From Octopus sinensis (Eukaryota), in the NCBI RefSeq assembly GCF_006345805.1, contig NC_042998.1, positions 44,640,001 to 44,704,000 on the forward strand: 64,000 nt of DNA. The letters run 5' to 3'. Positions within the stretch are counted from its first letter, which is position 1. Every line of letters begins with the position of its first letter. A program made the translations under genes and the position numbers. Positions 1 through 12,658 of the stretch are shown here, in pieces. The notes below the pieces were generated by a model. It did no database searches, was not told the DNA's origin, and saw nothing but the letters and a program-made list of their open reading frames with translations.

Positions 1-240
1 GCTTTCAGTTCTGATGCATTCCCGTGTGATTACCAGGCCTTGTCAGCCTTTACTCTTCATCATGTACAGCCTCTGTACGTTCCTCTTAGGGCGGAAGTCA
101 CCTTGGAATATCATCGTATTTCGGATAGTGCAATCGAGTTGGTCAATTTCCGCTTCGTGTCCATTTCAGAATGGGTGCACTATAGCAAACTACAGCAACA
201 GCCCATATTTTTATGGCAGTCACAATGTCCCTTGTACTGA
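1..240 (-). mobile_element. Decayed non-LTR retrotransposon RT C-terminal fragment, R4/Dong-like
   Basis: Minus-strand translation with one frameshift and one stop: STRDIVTAIKIWAVAVVCYSAPILKWT/EIDQLDCTIRNTMIFQGDFRPKRNVQRLYMMKSKG*QGLVITRECI. This matches the recalled R4/Dong-type thumb pattern (AINtwAvpvirYsagiidW...LDrktR...HP+sdvdRLYlprkeGGRGL). Runs off the window start. Confidence 0.7.
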
Positions 241-245
241 GTTTT

Positions 246-278
246 GACTATTATCATCATTATTATTGTTGCTGCTGC

Positions 279-327
<49 letters not shown>

Positions 328-430
328 ATCATCATCATCAGCAGCAGCAGCATCATCATTATTATTATTATTATTATTATTATTTCAGATAAGAAATTAT
401 CACATTTATTATTATTATTGCTATCGTCAC
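246..430. repeat. Compound trinucleotide microsatellite (ATT/GCT/GTT/CAT/CAG/ATT)n
   Basis: Directly visible; explains the poly-V/I/L ORFs at 244 and 266. Confidence 0.95.
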
Positions 431-1532
431 CGTTATTATCAATATTATCATTATGATCTTCAGTGTTTCCAGTACTGATGTTATTATTTTCGACAACGGT
501 TACTCGAGCAACAAAACGTTTCTTGATGTATACTTAAAAGGATAAGAATGAAAGAATGAAAGCATTAGATCAACAATATATACATACTTTCATGTCTTGC
601 AATAATAATAACGACAAACGCTGAAAAGGGGAATTCTGGAATCTTTAAACGTTAGGAGCAACCATGAAAATCTCTTCGGAGCAGTAATTGTTATGAATGG
701 ACAAAATAAAAAGTAAATAAATAAATAAATAAATAAAAGTTGTTTTTTTTTTGTTATTCAAATACAAACAGTTGAGAGAAATATATCACGCAATTTACAA
801 GTTTCAACAACGCAAAATAACACTTATATTCTGAGTATTTGTTGCAAATTAAAGATGAAAAAACATCAGTGCTTCTCATTGTAATATGATTTTCCTATAC
901 CTGAATATGAGAAATATAATGAAAGTATATATTGATATTTCCTTTTCTATATTCTTACTATTAACCATTGTAATAAAATACATAAAAGTATACAAAAGCG
1001 TCTTTAATTCATTTTATCGAATTTATCATGCATACAAAGCTGAATTTCCAGTTCTGTCGATAGTGTCCATCGACTGATAACTGTGTAGTGTAGACGGTCT
1101 CTTTGCATTCATCTCGGTATTGAATCTCTAGTTAATACGCTTAAAACTATATACCGAGTCAACTCTATAAATGACCAAGGTGACATTTAGAGAGCTGATG
1201 CATGGGAAGGATTTCAACACTGCTGCATCATTGTGTAATTGATTATTATTTTGTTAGCGTCCAATGCTGATTTTAAATATCAGCCAATACCCCAAAGGTA
1301 TAACTCATAAAAATAAACATTTTAATGTAAGTAGCCTAAGGCACATTACGTTAAGAGCCACGTGTGCACACACATACGCATTGTACACACGCATACATAC
1401 ATGTGAGTGTATCTGTGTGCGTGCTTCGACAAAACAACTTTGTTTTTCGTGTAAAACGTAATAAAGTGAACGATACACATGAACGGAGAATCACGTAAAG
1501 CATTGTTTATTTTTGTAACTATTATAACCAGG

Positions 1533-1815
1533 CAGCTTCTGGGTCTTTAGCGTTTTGAGTTTGAATCCTGCAGAGGTCAAATTTGCCTTTTATCCCTTGG
1601 GATCGATAAAACAAAGCACCATTTTAGTACTGAAGGCGATGTTATCAACTAACCACTCTCCGCAAAATTACTGGCCTTTTACCAAAATTAAAAATTATGA
1701 TTAGCAGGTGGCCAACAAGCCGAGTCTTTAGAGGTGCTGGATCGAATGCTTTGTGGCTTTGTTCCTGTTCTTTATGTTATAAGTTCATATTCCATCGAAG
1801 TAAAGTTTTCGCTTC
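1533..1815 (+). mobile_element. Two degraded copies of tRNA-derived SINE family M
   Basis: Diverged matches to family M body (gagtttgaatcctgcagaggtcaaatttgccttttatcccttgggatcgataaa) and a second head at 1707-1815. Confidence 0.6.
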
Positions 1816-1918
1816 TTCTGTCTGGACTCGACTAAGTAACAGTCAAAAGTGTTGAATTCACAGAATGGATAGAACATTGAACATTCTTGTTGTTGTTTTT
1901 GTGTGAAGTTTCTTCCAG

Positions 1919-2038
1919 CTTTTTGTGGTGGCAACGTCTGTGGCGACATTTGTGCCAGCTGTGTTGGTTCCAACCTTTCTCTCGGACAACAACCGATATG
2001 GTGAAGACGGGAGATTTGTCTACACGCGCAAGTTCTGA
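1919..2038 (+). CDS. Candidate exon, hydrophobic peptide LFVVATSVATFVPAVLVPTFLSDNNRYGEDGRFVYTRKF*
   Basis: Acceptor tttcttccag at 1909-1918 and GC content above the flanks. The other frames are W/C-rich, as expected for off-frames. Other frames and the minus strand also give plausible exons, so this is unresolved. Confidence 0.2.
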   Translation, partial: LFVVATSVATFVPAVLVPTFLSDNNRYGEDGRFVYTRKF

Positions 2039-4039
2039 TAAGGAAACCGTACAGATCTGTGTCTTTCGAGGTACATACTTATTGCTTCATGAAAGTTTTA
2101 ACTGGTGCCCAAGGCTTTTAGCGATGCACAGCAGCATCACTGATTTTGTTGTTGTCTTAAAATGACCAAGAAATAACTTCGAACTGTTTACGAGCACTTT
2201 AAAACTTTTACCTTTTTTGCTTGTTTTTAGTTCGTTATTAGTGTTGCGGTTGTCGATTATAAGGTATAAGGTATATAGGGTACAGCTCTAGAAATTGTTA
2301 CGGATTGGAATGGTTCCATCCTTGATGTACAATATGAAGACAGTATGTTCATCCTTACTCTTTCTCTGTATGACAGCACGATGTAGTGATCTCCTTGTGA
2401 CAGAAAGGGTTGGAACTGAAAGCGTTTGTGTGTTGCTGTGGTCTTGTTTTAAAAGAAGTTTCAGCTAATGTATGAGATAATACTATAGTTTCTTTCAAGC
2501 AAAGAATCTCGATAAAATGATGTAGTTATTCTTGTTATTCACGACTCTGTTTAGCAATTGACAATTATTTTCTCTTAGGGTACTCTTCCTGAGTGAGTTT
2601 GAAGAACCTTATTGTTTTGTAATCTGGTAATATTCTGCATTAATTGTGTTTTCGTGTAACTAACATTTATATTGTTCCAATAAAATATTTTGTTGGAATT
2701 ATGCCCGTAATGGAAGTATTAGAGAACAGCTTCGCTTATATTTGAATAGTTTATGCAAAATAGCAATACTTAATAGCCTCTAAAAAAATTACAAATAAAT
2801 GCTAATCACTGAATTTATAACTTCGTATTTTTCCATATGCAATAAGATTTTTCAAACAAATACACTGTTTTAGTGTAAAAATCTTCAATGGGTCTCTTGT
2901 ATTTAAGATAGAGCCCCCTAACAAGTATGCTTTACTTCCAATTGTCGTTAATGCCTCAATGTTTGTCTCTTTAACTCAGTGTCCGAATGATAAAAGTTTC
3001 GTGTAAAATTAGACACTTTTGGGGGAGTTTTGACGTAACTAAATAATAATTATCGCGGTGACTTTTATGGGCGCTTATGTGCCTCCAGCTTTGGGCTGCG
3101 GAATCAAATGCGCTCTCAGCATTGAGAACACAGACTTTGTTGTCATCGGAGTCCGATGGACTACCCTACCTACCAAATAAAAATTAGAACACGTTTATAA
3201 GTGTTAGGAAAATGCAATGTAATCTGTCAAATATTGCAGTGTTCCATATTCGGCCATTTATAACTTTTGTTCTATTTGCCCACGTTAATCGTGTATAATC
3301 ATATAGTTAGCTCGTATATTAATAGTATTATGATATCTATATATGTTCTCTTTGACACCATTTCTAATTCTGTTTAAGATATAGCATTACTAGCAAATAA
3401 TATTCCTCTTCCAGTCACCCTCATCATTTATCCCCATTACATATCTGCTCACACGAATTCATTAGGGAAATTTTGAGCCACTAGTAACAGCATCCTAATC
3501 TCTCCCAAATGTCGGGGTAAATCTAAACACAAGGCACCTAATAAACCTCAAGATGATTATGGTTGAATAAACTTTCACAATAAGATTATTTGAGCATGAC
3601 CGAGCGGGAAGGAAACAGCGACATCGTTTCTAGATTTCTAATATTTTGCTCCTTGAAAGAGAAAATAACTTTAAAAAATGAAAGTAAAGAAATGAATAAT
3701 CAACGCATGACCATATATTTCGTAATTTGCAAAACCTTTCACTCATAAAGTAAAGGTCCAACTGCATTATATTAATACTTTCTTTCATCATACGTGAAAA
3801 TCTAAGTAATGAAGTAAGTACGTAACTGAGTTTTTCCTGAGACTTCCACGGGATCGAGTCAAATACTTTACTGCCCTCTCCTTGGTAATGTGCAAAACTT
3901 CAAGAACTTGAAAGTATTAAAATTGGATTGCTCATACCCATACACGCAACAACACACACGCACATGCACACATACACGCACGCACACACACACACACACA
4001 TATGTGCGCACTCATATGTGTATGTGTGATTGTGTAAGG

Positions 4040-4190
4040 GATGGTGGTTAAGAATTCTGCTTCACAACTAACTGGTTTCAATTACAATCATACTGGCAGA
4101 CATTGCGCGAGTGCTGCCCATCTTTATCTCGGGTCAAATACAGCCTTTTGCATGAAATTTCGTAATCGGAAATTGCATGAAAGGCAAATG
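4040..4190 (+). mobile_element. Degraded CORE-type SINE head (family O)
   Basis: Diverged similarity to the family O head and body (gtggttaagaa...ctcgggtcaaatacagccttttgcatgaaatttcgtaatcggaaattgcatgaaagg). Confidence 0.4.
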
Positions 4191-4941
4191 GACTTATCTC
4201 TCCTATTTTGGGATGGCAGGTTTAAGCCATTGCTTAGTTTAACATAACCACTTGGCTATCAGTTGTCTTTGTCGAAGCACATTTTTCTGCAAATATTCAA
4301 GGCGGTCTTCGAGCCAGTATTACGAATTCTTAATTTTCTCCGGCCCTCTCGGAAGACCTAAATTAGGTCGGGTGTGCTACCGTTCTCTGTTTTTACGTTA
4401 AAGTATTTAGTTTGCAAAAATAAATAAATAAATAAATAAATAGATATTAACTGATCCGAATTTCCATCTTATAACTTTGATATTCTGTCAAACTCTTTCG
4501 AATCAACAAAGCAAGTAAAACAGTAATCACAAGCATATATGAAGATAAGTTGAGATGTTAACTATTATTACCGACGTAGATTTGCAAAACTAAGCAGTTT
4601 TCTACGAATACAATTATTGAGGATATTGAATTAACATGAGAGACAGAAAAATATCGTAAGACTTTGCGAGAAAAAGAAAGAGAATACAAATATAGGTAAC
4701 GATTAAATCTTATTTACTGTCCACCATTTCTGTGCAGAAGCACAGATATACTTTTACATAGAAAGCTTTCGTTTTGTATGAAAATCTCTCGTTGCCAGGT
4801 ATCAGTCTGATGCAGTCTCTTACAGACTTCGTTTGATTGATCTGAATACTGCTAGCAGTTTCCCCGCAGACACAATAACATGGACATAAAACAATAAAGT
4901 CAGTCATTATGCTTACGCGTTTCATTTTATCTTTCGAATTG

Positions 4942-4944
<3 letters not shown>

Positions 4945-5018
<74 letters not shown>

Positions 5019-5177
5019 TCTTTCTCTCTCTCACACTCTTTCTGTATATATATATATAATATATATATATATATATTATAATATATATATATATAATATA
5101 TATATATATAGGAGAGTTTACGAAAAAGAACAAAAGACGAAGACAGATATATATATATATATACATACATATATGTA

Positions 5178-5220
<43 letters not shown>

Positions 5221-5240
5221 TATATATATATATATGCCTG
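4945..5240. repeat. (CT)n/(TA)n compound microsatellite with a 37-bp family D fragment at 5111-5147
   Basis: Repeats are visible. ggagagtttacgaaaaagaacaaaagacgaagacag matches the reverse complement of the family D 3' end at 55780-55815. Confidence 0.9.
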
Positions 5241-6892
5241 AGTCTGAGTGCATGTATATGTAATTATAAATATGTATTATGCATTATGTATACATATATT
5301 ATAATTACACATACATGAACTTATTGTGTATATATATGTGTGTGCGTATAAATAAATGTATATATATATATATACGTATAAATGTATGTAGAACTGTCTT
5401 TATATCTAGTTATTCATGTATTCATAAATGTGTTTAGACTTTTATATGTCTGTGTATATATATACATATATATAATATATATATATATTATATATATATG
5501 TGTGTGTGTGTATTTACGCTGAGTTAGTTATGCATTAGTGTGTGTCTGTAGTGTATATATTGTCTATGAGTGTACGTCCCTCGTTGAATCTCAATATATG
5601 TGGAATCCGAGCGGGTATCAGATGTATTGCACAGCCAACCACCGCATAACATTAACAAATCCAGAAGGAATTTCAAAGCAAAAGAAAAATTTAACAGAAA
5701 TCATGGCATACTTCAGAGTGCACATTCTTGATTATGCTTCAAGAATAAAGTATGGATGCTGTGTACGTGTGCGCATGCCATCATGTATGTATGAAATAGT
5801 GGCTATGTTAAAATTAGAGTGCGCCTAGGTATGTCGGCGTGGGCATAGCTACGTGTCTAAAAAGTTAATTTTGCAATCATCTGGTTTTGTGCTCAATACC
5901 AACGTGCGGTACTTTGTGCATCTCCCTTGTATTGTAGTCTCAGGGTGACTAATAGCTTTTGAATAGAATTTGTTGGTCGGAACTTTTTCCAAATTCTTCA
6001 GTAGGAGATAAAGTAAGAGGGACGGAGGGCGGTAAAGTGAGAGAAAGTGGAGAAAGAGAGAGAAGGAAAGGGAGGAAGAACGAAAGGAAGGAAGAACGAA
6101 AAAAAGAAAGAAAGAGAGAAAGAAAGGGACATACAGATATAGAACGGAACGGACAGAGAAATACAGGTGCAGGCAGAGATAAAGAGAGAAAGGGAGAAAA
6201 GGGGGGAGAGAGAGAGAGAAAGAGAGAACAATTGAACAGTACTTGCGCGGTACTTGATTTATCACCCGTGTAAAGTACGAGAGCCAATATGATCGCTAAG
6301 CACTTTTAGCTGGTACCTCAGTGCCCCAGCTCGGTCGTAATCTATTGAGAGAAAAATCAGTATAGACTATTAATGTGTGCTAGTGGAATGTGGAGGAAAT
6401 AATCGTGCGAACCGTTAGTAGAAATAGATCGTGGACTCCTTAATTATCAAAATTACCTCTCTAAATCATAACTGCAGTGCCCTATCATGGCTACTGCTTC
6501 TGGCTGTAACAAGAAGTAAAAGTATACTGCTTTATTTTTGTGATTATATTCCATGAATAAATTAGCTTAATGCTACAGCGATATAAACTGCTCATATATT
6601 TGTATGCTACAACGAATTTTGACCAAATGCACAGTTTATATCCGAAAAAAAAAAAAGATATCGTATTTAATGTAAAATAGTATTTTGCAATCGTCTATGT
6701 ATGTCACGCTTTAACTATAGAAAAATGCCGAAGACATAATCAGTAATGCACACGATATTTCTATTGTTCCTATTTTACGTTAGAGATAAACTATGGAACG
6801 AAGTCAAAGTCATAATATTATAGATAAAAATCTGTTATATGAATAATAAATAATGCGTTAGACAATTGACTGATAGTATTTTACTTTAGATA

Positions 6893-7216
<324 letters not shown>

Positions 7217-7339
7217 TTGAGAGAGGACAGATAGAGAGGAGGAGGAGAGGGGGAGATAGTCAGACTAGATAGACAAAGGGATGGGGAAGATATGGGTATA
7301 GATATACATATATATATCTACCTGATACTTATAGGCATC

Positions 7340-7715
7340 GATCAGATTATCGGATGTTGTTACATACCACTGATCACAATAAACTTCCAATTCTTGTTTA
7401 CACCCTTCTTTTCCATTTTCCTCCCAATCGTTTAAGTTAATCGTCTTCTGCTCGTCGTGGAGGCCTACCGAGTGCCTTTTTCCGATTTCTTGGATACCAC
7501 TCAGCAACTCCACGGTTGTCACCTGTTTCAGTGGACCTTCTGGCAGGTCCAGCACAACGGAATACATGCTTTAGTTACTCTGTGATCATGTCGCTGACTC
7601 CGCTCTATTTTTGAATTACCTCATTTCGGATATTTTGCAGTATTGTTCTTAACATGGATCTTTCCTTGGTCTTTTGCAGCGTAACCAGTCAATTTTCTTC
7701 CCTTCTCGTAGTAGC
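7340..7715 (-). mobile_element. Decayed LINE RT C-terminal fragment, RTE-like
   Basis: Minus frame LQKTKERSMLRTILQNIRNEVIQK*SGVSDMITE*LKHVFRCAGPARR...AEWYPRNRKKALGRPPRRAEDD*LKRLGGKW matches the typical LINE tail (ERSML...IRNEEIR...WAGHVAR...EWYPR...RGRPP.RW.DD). Contains several stops. Confidence 0.7.
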
Positions 7716-7751
7716 TTACGTCTCACTTACGTTTATAGTTTGACTGTTAGA

Positions 7752-7947
7752 CATCCAGATCAGCAGTCACGTGTTAATTTTGTTTTGTAGTCCTATTGCT
7801 GTCAGCTTTGTCACCTAAATATTTTAGCGGTAGGCTACCATCCAGATCAGTAGTCACCTGTTAATTTTTTTTTGTAGTCCTATTGCTGTCAGCTTTGTCA
7901 CCTAAACATTTTAGCGGTAGTCTACCATGTCAGCAGTCACGTGGTAA
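7752..7947 (+). repeat. 87-bp tandem repeat, about 2.25 copies
   Basis: Units start at 7752, 7839 and 7926 (catccagatcagcagtcacgtgttaatttt...ttagcggtaggctac). Confidence 0.9.
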
Positions 7948-8639
7948 TCTTTGATATGCCTGGGTCTGTTGAGCAGCTACTGTCCTCCTTTCACTGAGGT
8001 TGTGAATAAGTTCCAGCCATATGCATCTCTATCTGATATGAAAATACGGCTGTAACACTGTGCATTGAGATTTGTCAGCGCGTTATTAACATAGTCAAAG
8101 CGTAGCAGAGTATTATCATACATAGATTATGCCTTCGATTTAAAGAAACTTGTTTACTACTTGCCGTGATGTGATAAAAATAAAACGTACGAACGTTCAA
8201 AAAGGGAGAAGTAACAAACGTAAAACAAAGTATATCGTTTCCATTGATGTTCTCTCCAAGACTGCACATTTAGTCTTATCCTATCAATTTGGAATTTACA
8301 CATAGTATGTCTAAAATTTACGGAAACAAATACTATTCCAAAAGAAATTAAGTATGTCATGCTTCTCTATAAAATTTCAACACTTTTATAGGTTTGAAAA
8401 TAACTGTAAAACGTTCAAGGGCGCTAATTATGGCATTTACAATTACTAGGAAAATAAAAAGTTATATGTTAACGTAAATATATCTATATTTTTTGAACGT
8501 GTATTTATACAGATTAATGTCTTAGAAGCTGACTTGTTAGATTAGCGTCATACATGAATCTGTGTGGTGCGGCGCAACAATATCAACTTATGTATATATA
8601 TATATTATATATATATATATATATGTATGTATAGTGGGG

Positions 8640-8820
8640 GGGGGGTTAGTTAATCCAAACATGAAAACACAAAGAGAAAACACAACAACGCGAGGACGTG
8701 GAACAAATATAGTATTATTGGAGGCTCAGGAAGGAAGGGAAGAAGGAGGGTTTAACGTTTCGAGCGGAGCTCTTCGTCGGAAACATAGGAAAAGGAAAGA
8801 TCAAGAGAAGGGATGACGGT
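8640..8820 (-). mobile_element. Short pLTR-like element, family C
   Basis: Non-coding, adjacent to (TA)n, and carries a hammerhead-like fold at 8750-8784. PLE origin is inferred. Confidence 0.45.
8750..8784 (-). ncRNA. Minimal type-I hammerhead-like motif (family C, U4C core)
   Basis: Minus strand reads GUUU-CCGACGA-A-GAGC ucc GCUC-GAA-ACGU-U-AAAC. Stem I is GUUU/AAAC, stem II is GAGC/GCUC, and stem III is the palindrome ACGU. Confidence 0.55.
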
Positions 8821-8939
8821 ACACAATTTAAAATTAATAATAAAAGGGTAAAATTAATTGATAGAATTAATTAATTAATCAATCAGTTAATTAATAATTT
8901 TACCAAGTAGATCGGTACGCTAAAATAACCTTTATAGGT

Positions 8940-9170
8940 AAAATTTATACAAATATTCTATTAATTATCAACGTAATTATAATTAGGTGTCAGCTTCACC
9001 ACATACCGAATTTAGAAATAGGAGTTAAACATTCCTTTTGTACTACTGTAAGTATCTCCCAGACAGTAACACACTTTTTTAAACTCCTATTTCTAAATTC
9101 GGTATGTGGTGAAGCAATTAGCTGCCCCTTAATTATAATTATATTTATGATTATAGAATATTTGTAAATT
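8940..9170. repeat. Foldback/MITE-like inverted repeat
   Basis: Perfect 34-bp inverted repeat at 8993-9026 and 9082-9115 with a 55-bp spacer, extended outward by imperfect AT-rich arms (tacaaatattctat, taattataatta). Confidence 0.8.
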
Positions 9171-9216
9171 AAGGCTGCGAGCTGGCAGAAAAGTTAGCAC
9201 GCCGGCTCACCGCCTT
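9171..9216. repeat. Hairpin made of two opposed SINE-M head fragments
   Basis: aaggctgcgagctggc (9171-9186) versus the reverse complement of 9201-9216, aaggcggtgagccggc, 13/16 identical. Both resemble the SINE-M 5' end. Confidence 0.6.
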
Positions 9217-9277
9217 AGTATATATATATATATTATTATATATATATATATATTATATATATATATATATATTATAT

Positions 9278-9372
<95 letters not shown>

Positions 9373-9425
9373 GTTTAAATATTTGTTGTGCAAGATTTTT
9401 TATGTGAAGTCGTGTGTTGAAACAG

Positions 9426-9930
9426 ATATTGTTATATTTCGGAATGGTCATATTGCCAGTTTAGCCAATAAAAACACACGCACTATATATTTGGTGTTAT
9501 TTTGCTTCAGTGATATTTATTTTTTACATTAATCTTAATCTTATTTCGGCCAAAGTTCTTTCGTCACACTCCTGTGACCGCATCAGTGGTCCTTTGTTTT
9601 CTTCTCACTTACTTGTGACTCTCCTTACTAACCGTCAGCCATTTTGTATTTCTATTGTATGTCTTCATTTGCGCATGCTTATATCTCTATGTGCGTCTAT
9701 GTTTATTTAGTGTGTGTGTGGGGGGATGCCTGTAATATTTCTATCTTCTGTTTATATACATTCTTGTAATTTGTATTTTGTTTTTGTTGTTGTTGCTTTT
9801 GTTCGAATTTTGTTCATGTGTTTACATCCACCCATTATTATCATTACATATGCTTGTATGTATGTATAACAACAATATTAGTAATAATAATAATAAATCT
9901 AATCGAAAAAAATCGAAAAAAAAAAAAATA
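9426..9930. repeat. Left arm of ~500-bp inverted repeat (sense pLTR)
   Basis: Reverse complement of 11440-11939. By eye I saw two substitutions plus homopolymer-length differences; the duplicated ORFs at 9510 (+) and 11655 (-) show the same. Confidence 0.95.
9548..9592 (-). ncRNA. Hammerhead-like motif in the sense pLTR (family B, A9C core)
   Basis: GGACCA-CUGAUGC-G-GUCAC aggagu GUGAC-GAA-AGAACU-U-UGGCC. Same sense as the PLE ORF. Confidence 0.5.
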
Positions 9931-9964
<34 letters not shown>

Positions 9965-9991
9965 CATATATATATACACACATATATACAC

Positions 9992-10028
<37 letters not shown>

Positions 10029-10104
10029 CATACATATATATAGTTATTCATTTCTATTTCTTTAATTATCTGTGTATTTATTATGTTTGCAGGATCCACT
10101 ATCG

Positions 10105-11410
10105 TCATATGTTGTGGTGTGTGATATTGCTCCATTCTAGTTTTCTATTCAGGCTAGGTTTATTTTCTATTATATGTGTAGCTTCTGTAATTTGTCTAAT
10201 TGTTGCATCTGTTCTATGTGTGGACAATATCTTAATCTCTATGTTATTGATTGATCCCACGTGTTCTTGTTCGGCGTGTTGGTACAGAATCGATGAGCTT
10301 TTACCTTCCTTGAGTTGTCTCCAATATTCATCCACCCGCTCTCCAATGCTTCTTGCTGTTTCCCCTACGTATGTTACTGTCTTGTTACTGCATCGTCCCT
10401 CTATACATCTTATACTATAGACCACATTTCTGGCTTTACAGTTTGTTTGTGGGCTAAATCTACATACAGTGCAATAGTTATCCGTACAGAGAGTTCTACT
10501 AAAAGGATAGGTTCTACCAATTATAGATCTGATAGGGTTGCCTGGCTTTTCAACAACCTTAATTCTTAGTTTAAGTTTATCTAGGGTCCTTCTAAATCGG
10601 TACGCCAGTTCACCTCCAGGGGTGGTGTCAACGAACATGACACTCTGGTATTTATGGCTATCATACCAAGAGTTGGCCTTCCCTATTTTCTTTTTTGTCC
10701 TTTCTATAGTGTTCCATGACTTGTTCCTATAGAGTGGGCAAATCCCATTCCTATCATTACATAATATATTATCAAATTTCTTCATGGCTCCTTTGTATAC
10801 TCTGATCCTTTCTTTATGGCTGTAACCTGAGAACTGCATGCGGTGAATGAAATACTGTATGTGTCTCTTTAATTCTGTAGGCTCGCACATGCGTGACACA
10901 TTTCTCATTATTCTGACGAGGTCTGCCATCAAAATATTGAATTTGGCATTGCCCGCAATGGCTGAGTTCCGGTGGATCAGGTATTTTGAGGCCATAGTAT
11001 GAATGAAGGATTTGGGTTTTATTTTTCACAATTTCTAGCCAGAGTTCAGTGTCTAGTACTGGTAGTCTATGGTTGGGGTGTTTAGTGGGGTAGTCTATTG
11101 TGACCTTAATACTCTGGTGGATGGAGTTAGCTATTTGCTGGATGCTCTCCACAGTATTAGTTTCTATTACTATATCAACATTACTCTCTTGTGGGGGTGC
11201 TTTTACTACTATATTGATATCATCAACATAGCGAGAGTACATGTTTACGAGTATGGATTTCTGCAGTAGGCATTCTTTAAGCCTTCTGTCCCACCATACC
11301 ATGAAGAGGTTGGCCACATCACCAGCGATACTAACACCGATGGCTGCCCCCTCGTCCTGGGCATATATTTTATTATTAAATTTAAATGTGTGGCCTTTTA
11401 GGGTAACTCT
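10105..11410 (-). pseudogene. PLE RT plus C-terminal GIY-YIG endonuclease, 5'-truncated, one frameshift near 10996
   Basis: HTFKFNNKIYAQDEGAAIGVSIAGDVANLFM (RT motif B'), SRYVDD (motif C), LPVLDTELWL; then in the second frame C..C..C...C linker, NVVYSIRC, YVGETARSIGER, EATHIIENKPSLN. Confidence 0.9.
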
Positions 11411-11439
11411 TTAACTCTTTATATATATACATATATATA

Positions 11440-11931
11440 TTTTTTTTTCGATTTTTTTCGATTAGATTTATTATTATTATTACTAATATTGTTGTTATAC
11501 ATACATACAAGCATATGTAATGATAATAATGGGTGGATGTAAACACATGAACAAAATTCGAACAAAAGCAACAACAACAAAAACAAAATACAACTTACAA
11601 GAATGTATATAAACAGAAGATAGAAATATTACAGGCATCCCCCCCACACACACACTAAATAAACATAGACGCACATAGAGATATAAGCATGCGCAAATGA
11701 AGACATACAATAGAAATACAAAATGGCTGACAGTTAGTAAGGAGAGTCACAAGTAAGTGAGAAGAAAACAAAGGACCACTGATGCGGTCACAGGAGTGTG
11801 ACGAAAGAACTTTGGCCGAAATAAGATTAAGATTAATGTAAAAAATAAATATCACTGAAGCAAAATAACACCAAATATATAGTGCGTGTGTTTTTATTGG
11901 CTAAACTGGCAATATGACCATTCCGAAATAT

Positions 11932-11939
<8 letters not shown>
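11440..11939. repeat. Right arm of ~500-bp inverted repeat (inverted pLTR)
   Basis: Reverse complement of 9426-9930. Confidence 0.95.
11773..11817 (+). ncRNA. Hammerhead-like motif in the inverted pLTR (family B)
   Basis: Identical to the 9548-9592 motif on the opposite strand. Confidence 0.5.
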
Positions 11940-11963
<24 letters not shown>

Positions 11964-12307
11964 GTTGAGACCCCCTTCGGTCATGACTGACCGTGGGATT
12001 GCACCTAGGAAGTTACCCTCCCAGGCACAAGTCCGGGCAAAGTTGTTTATGGAAAACCAACAGTCGCCCATGCATACCACCTTCCCCTTCCCCTCTTCAT
12101 GCCACCAGTGTTATCCAAATGAAAGGCAAAGGCCGATACAGCTTGGCACCAGTGACGTCGCAACTAATTTTTGCAACTGAGTAAACTGGAGCAGCGTGAA
12201 ATAAAGTGTCTTGCTCAAGAACACAACACGCAGCCCGGTCCGTGATTCGAACTCACAACCTCACGATCGTAAGCTCGACGCTCTAACCACTGAGCCATGC
12301 GCCTTCA

Positions 12308-12308
<1 letters not shown>
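11964..12308 (-). mobile_element. Full-length tRNA-derived CORE-type SINE (family K)
   Basis: Head gtgaaggcgcatggctcagtggttagagcg...gagttcgaatc with A and B boxes, CORE-like ttcttgagcaagacactttatttcacg, and a distinct tail ending gaagggggtctcaac. Confidence 0.85.
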
Positions 12309-12395
<87 letters not shown>

Positions 12396-12477
12396 TATAT
12401 TATATATATATATATATACATATATATATAACATATATATACATATATATATATATACATATATATACATATATATA

Positions 12478-12533
<56 letters not shown>

Positions 12534-12540
12534 ATACATA

Positions 12541-12571
<31 letters not shown>

Positions 12572-12575
12572 CATA

Positions 12576-12658
<83 letters not shown>

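Larger units (their letters stand above)
9370..11941 (-). mobile_element. Penelope-like retroelement, 5'-truncated, with inverted upstream pLTR copy
   Basis: RT plus GIY-YIG coding remnant, 3' UTR/pLTR at 9370-10100, and an inverted copy at 11440-11939. Both ends lie in (TA)n. Confidence 0.9.

Noticed and set aside
14-247. Two open + strand ORFs at the window start
   Set aside because: They are antisense shadows of the R4/Dong-like RT fragment on the minus strand.
7265-7567. 100-aa minus ORF with apparent AG/GT boundaries, suggesting an exon
   Set aside because: Another frame of the same strand is a decayed LINE RT tail, which explains the composition; this ORF is an off-frame.
9426-11939. 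DNA transposon with long TIRs
   Set aside because: The enclosed ORF is RT plus GIY-YIG and the arm is the element's own 3' UTR, so this is a PLE inversion product.
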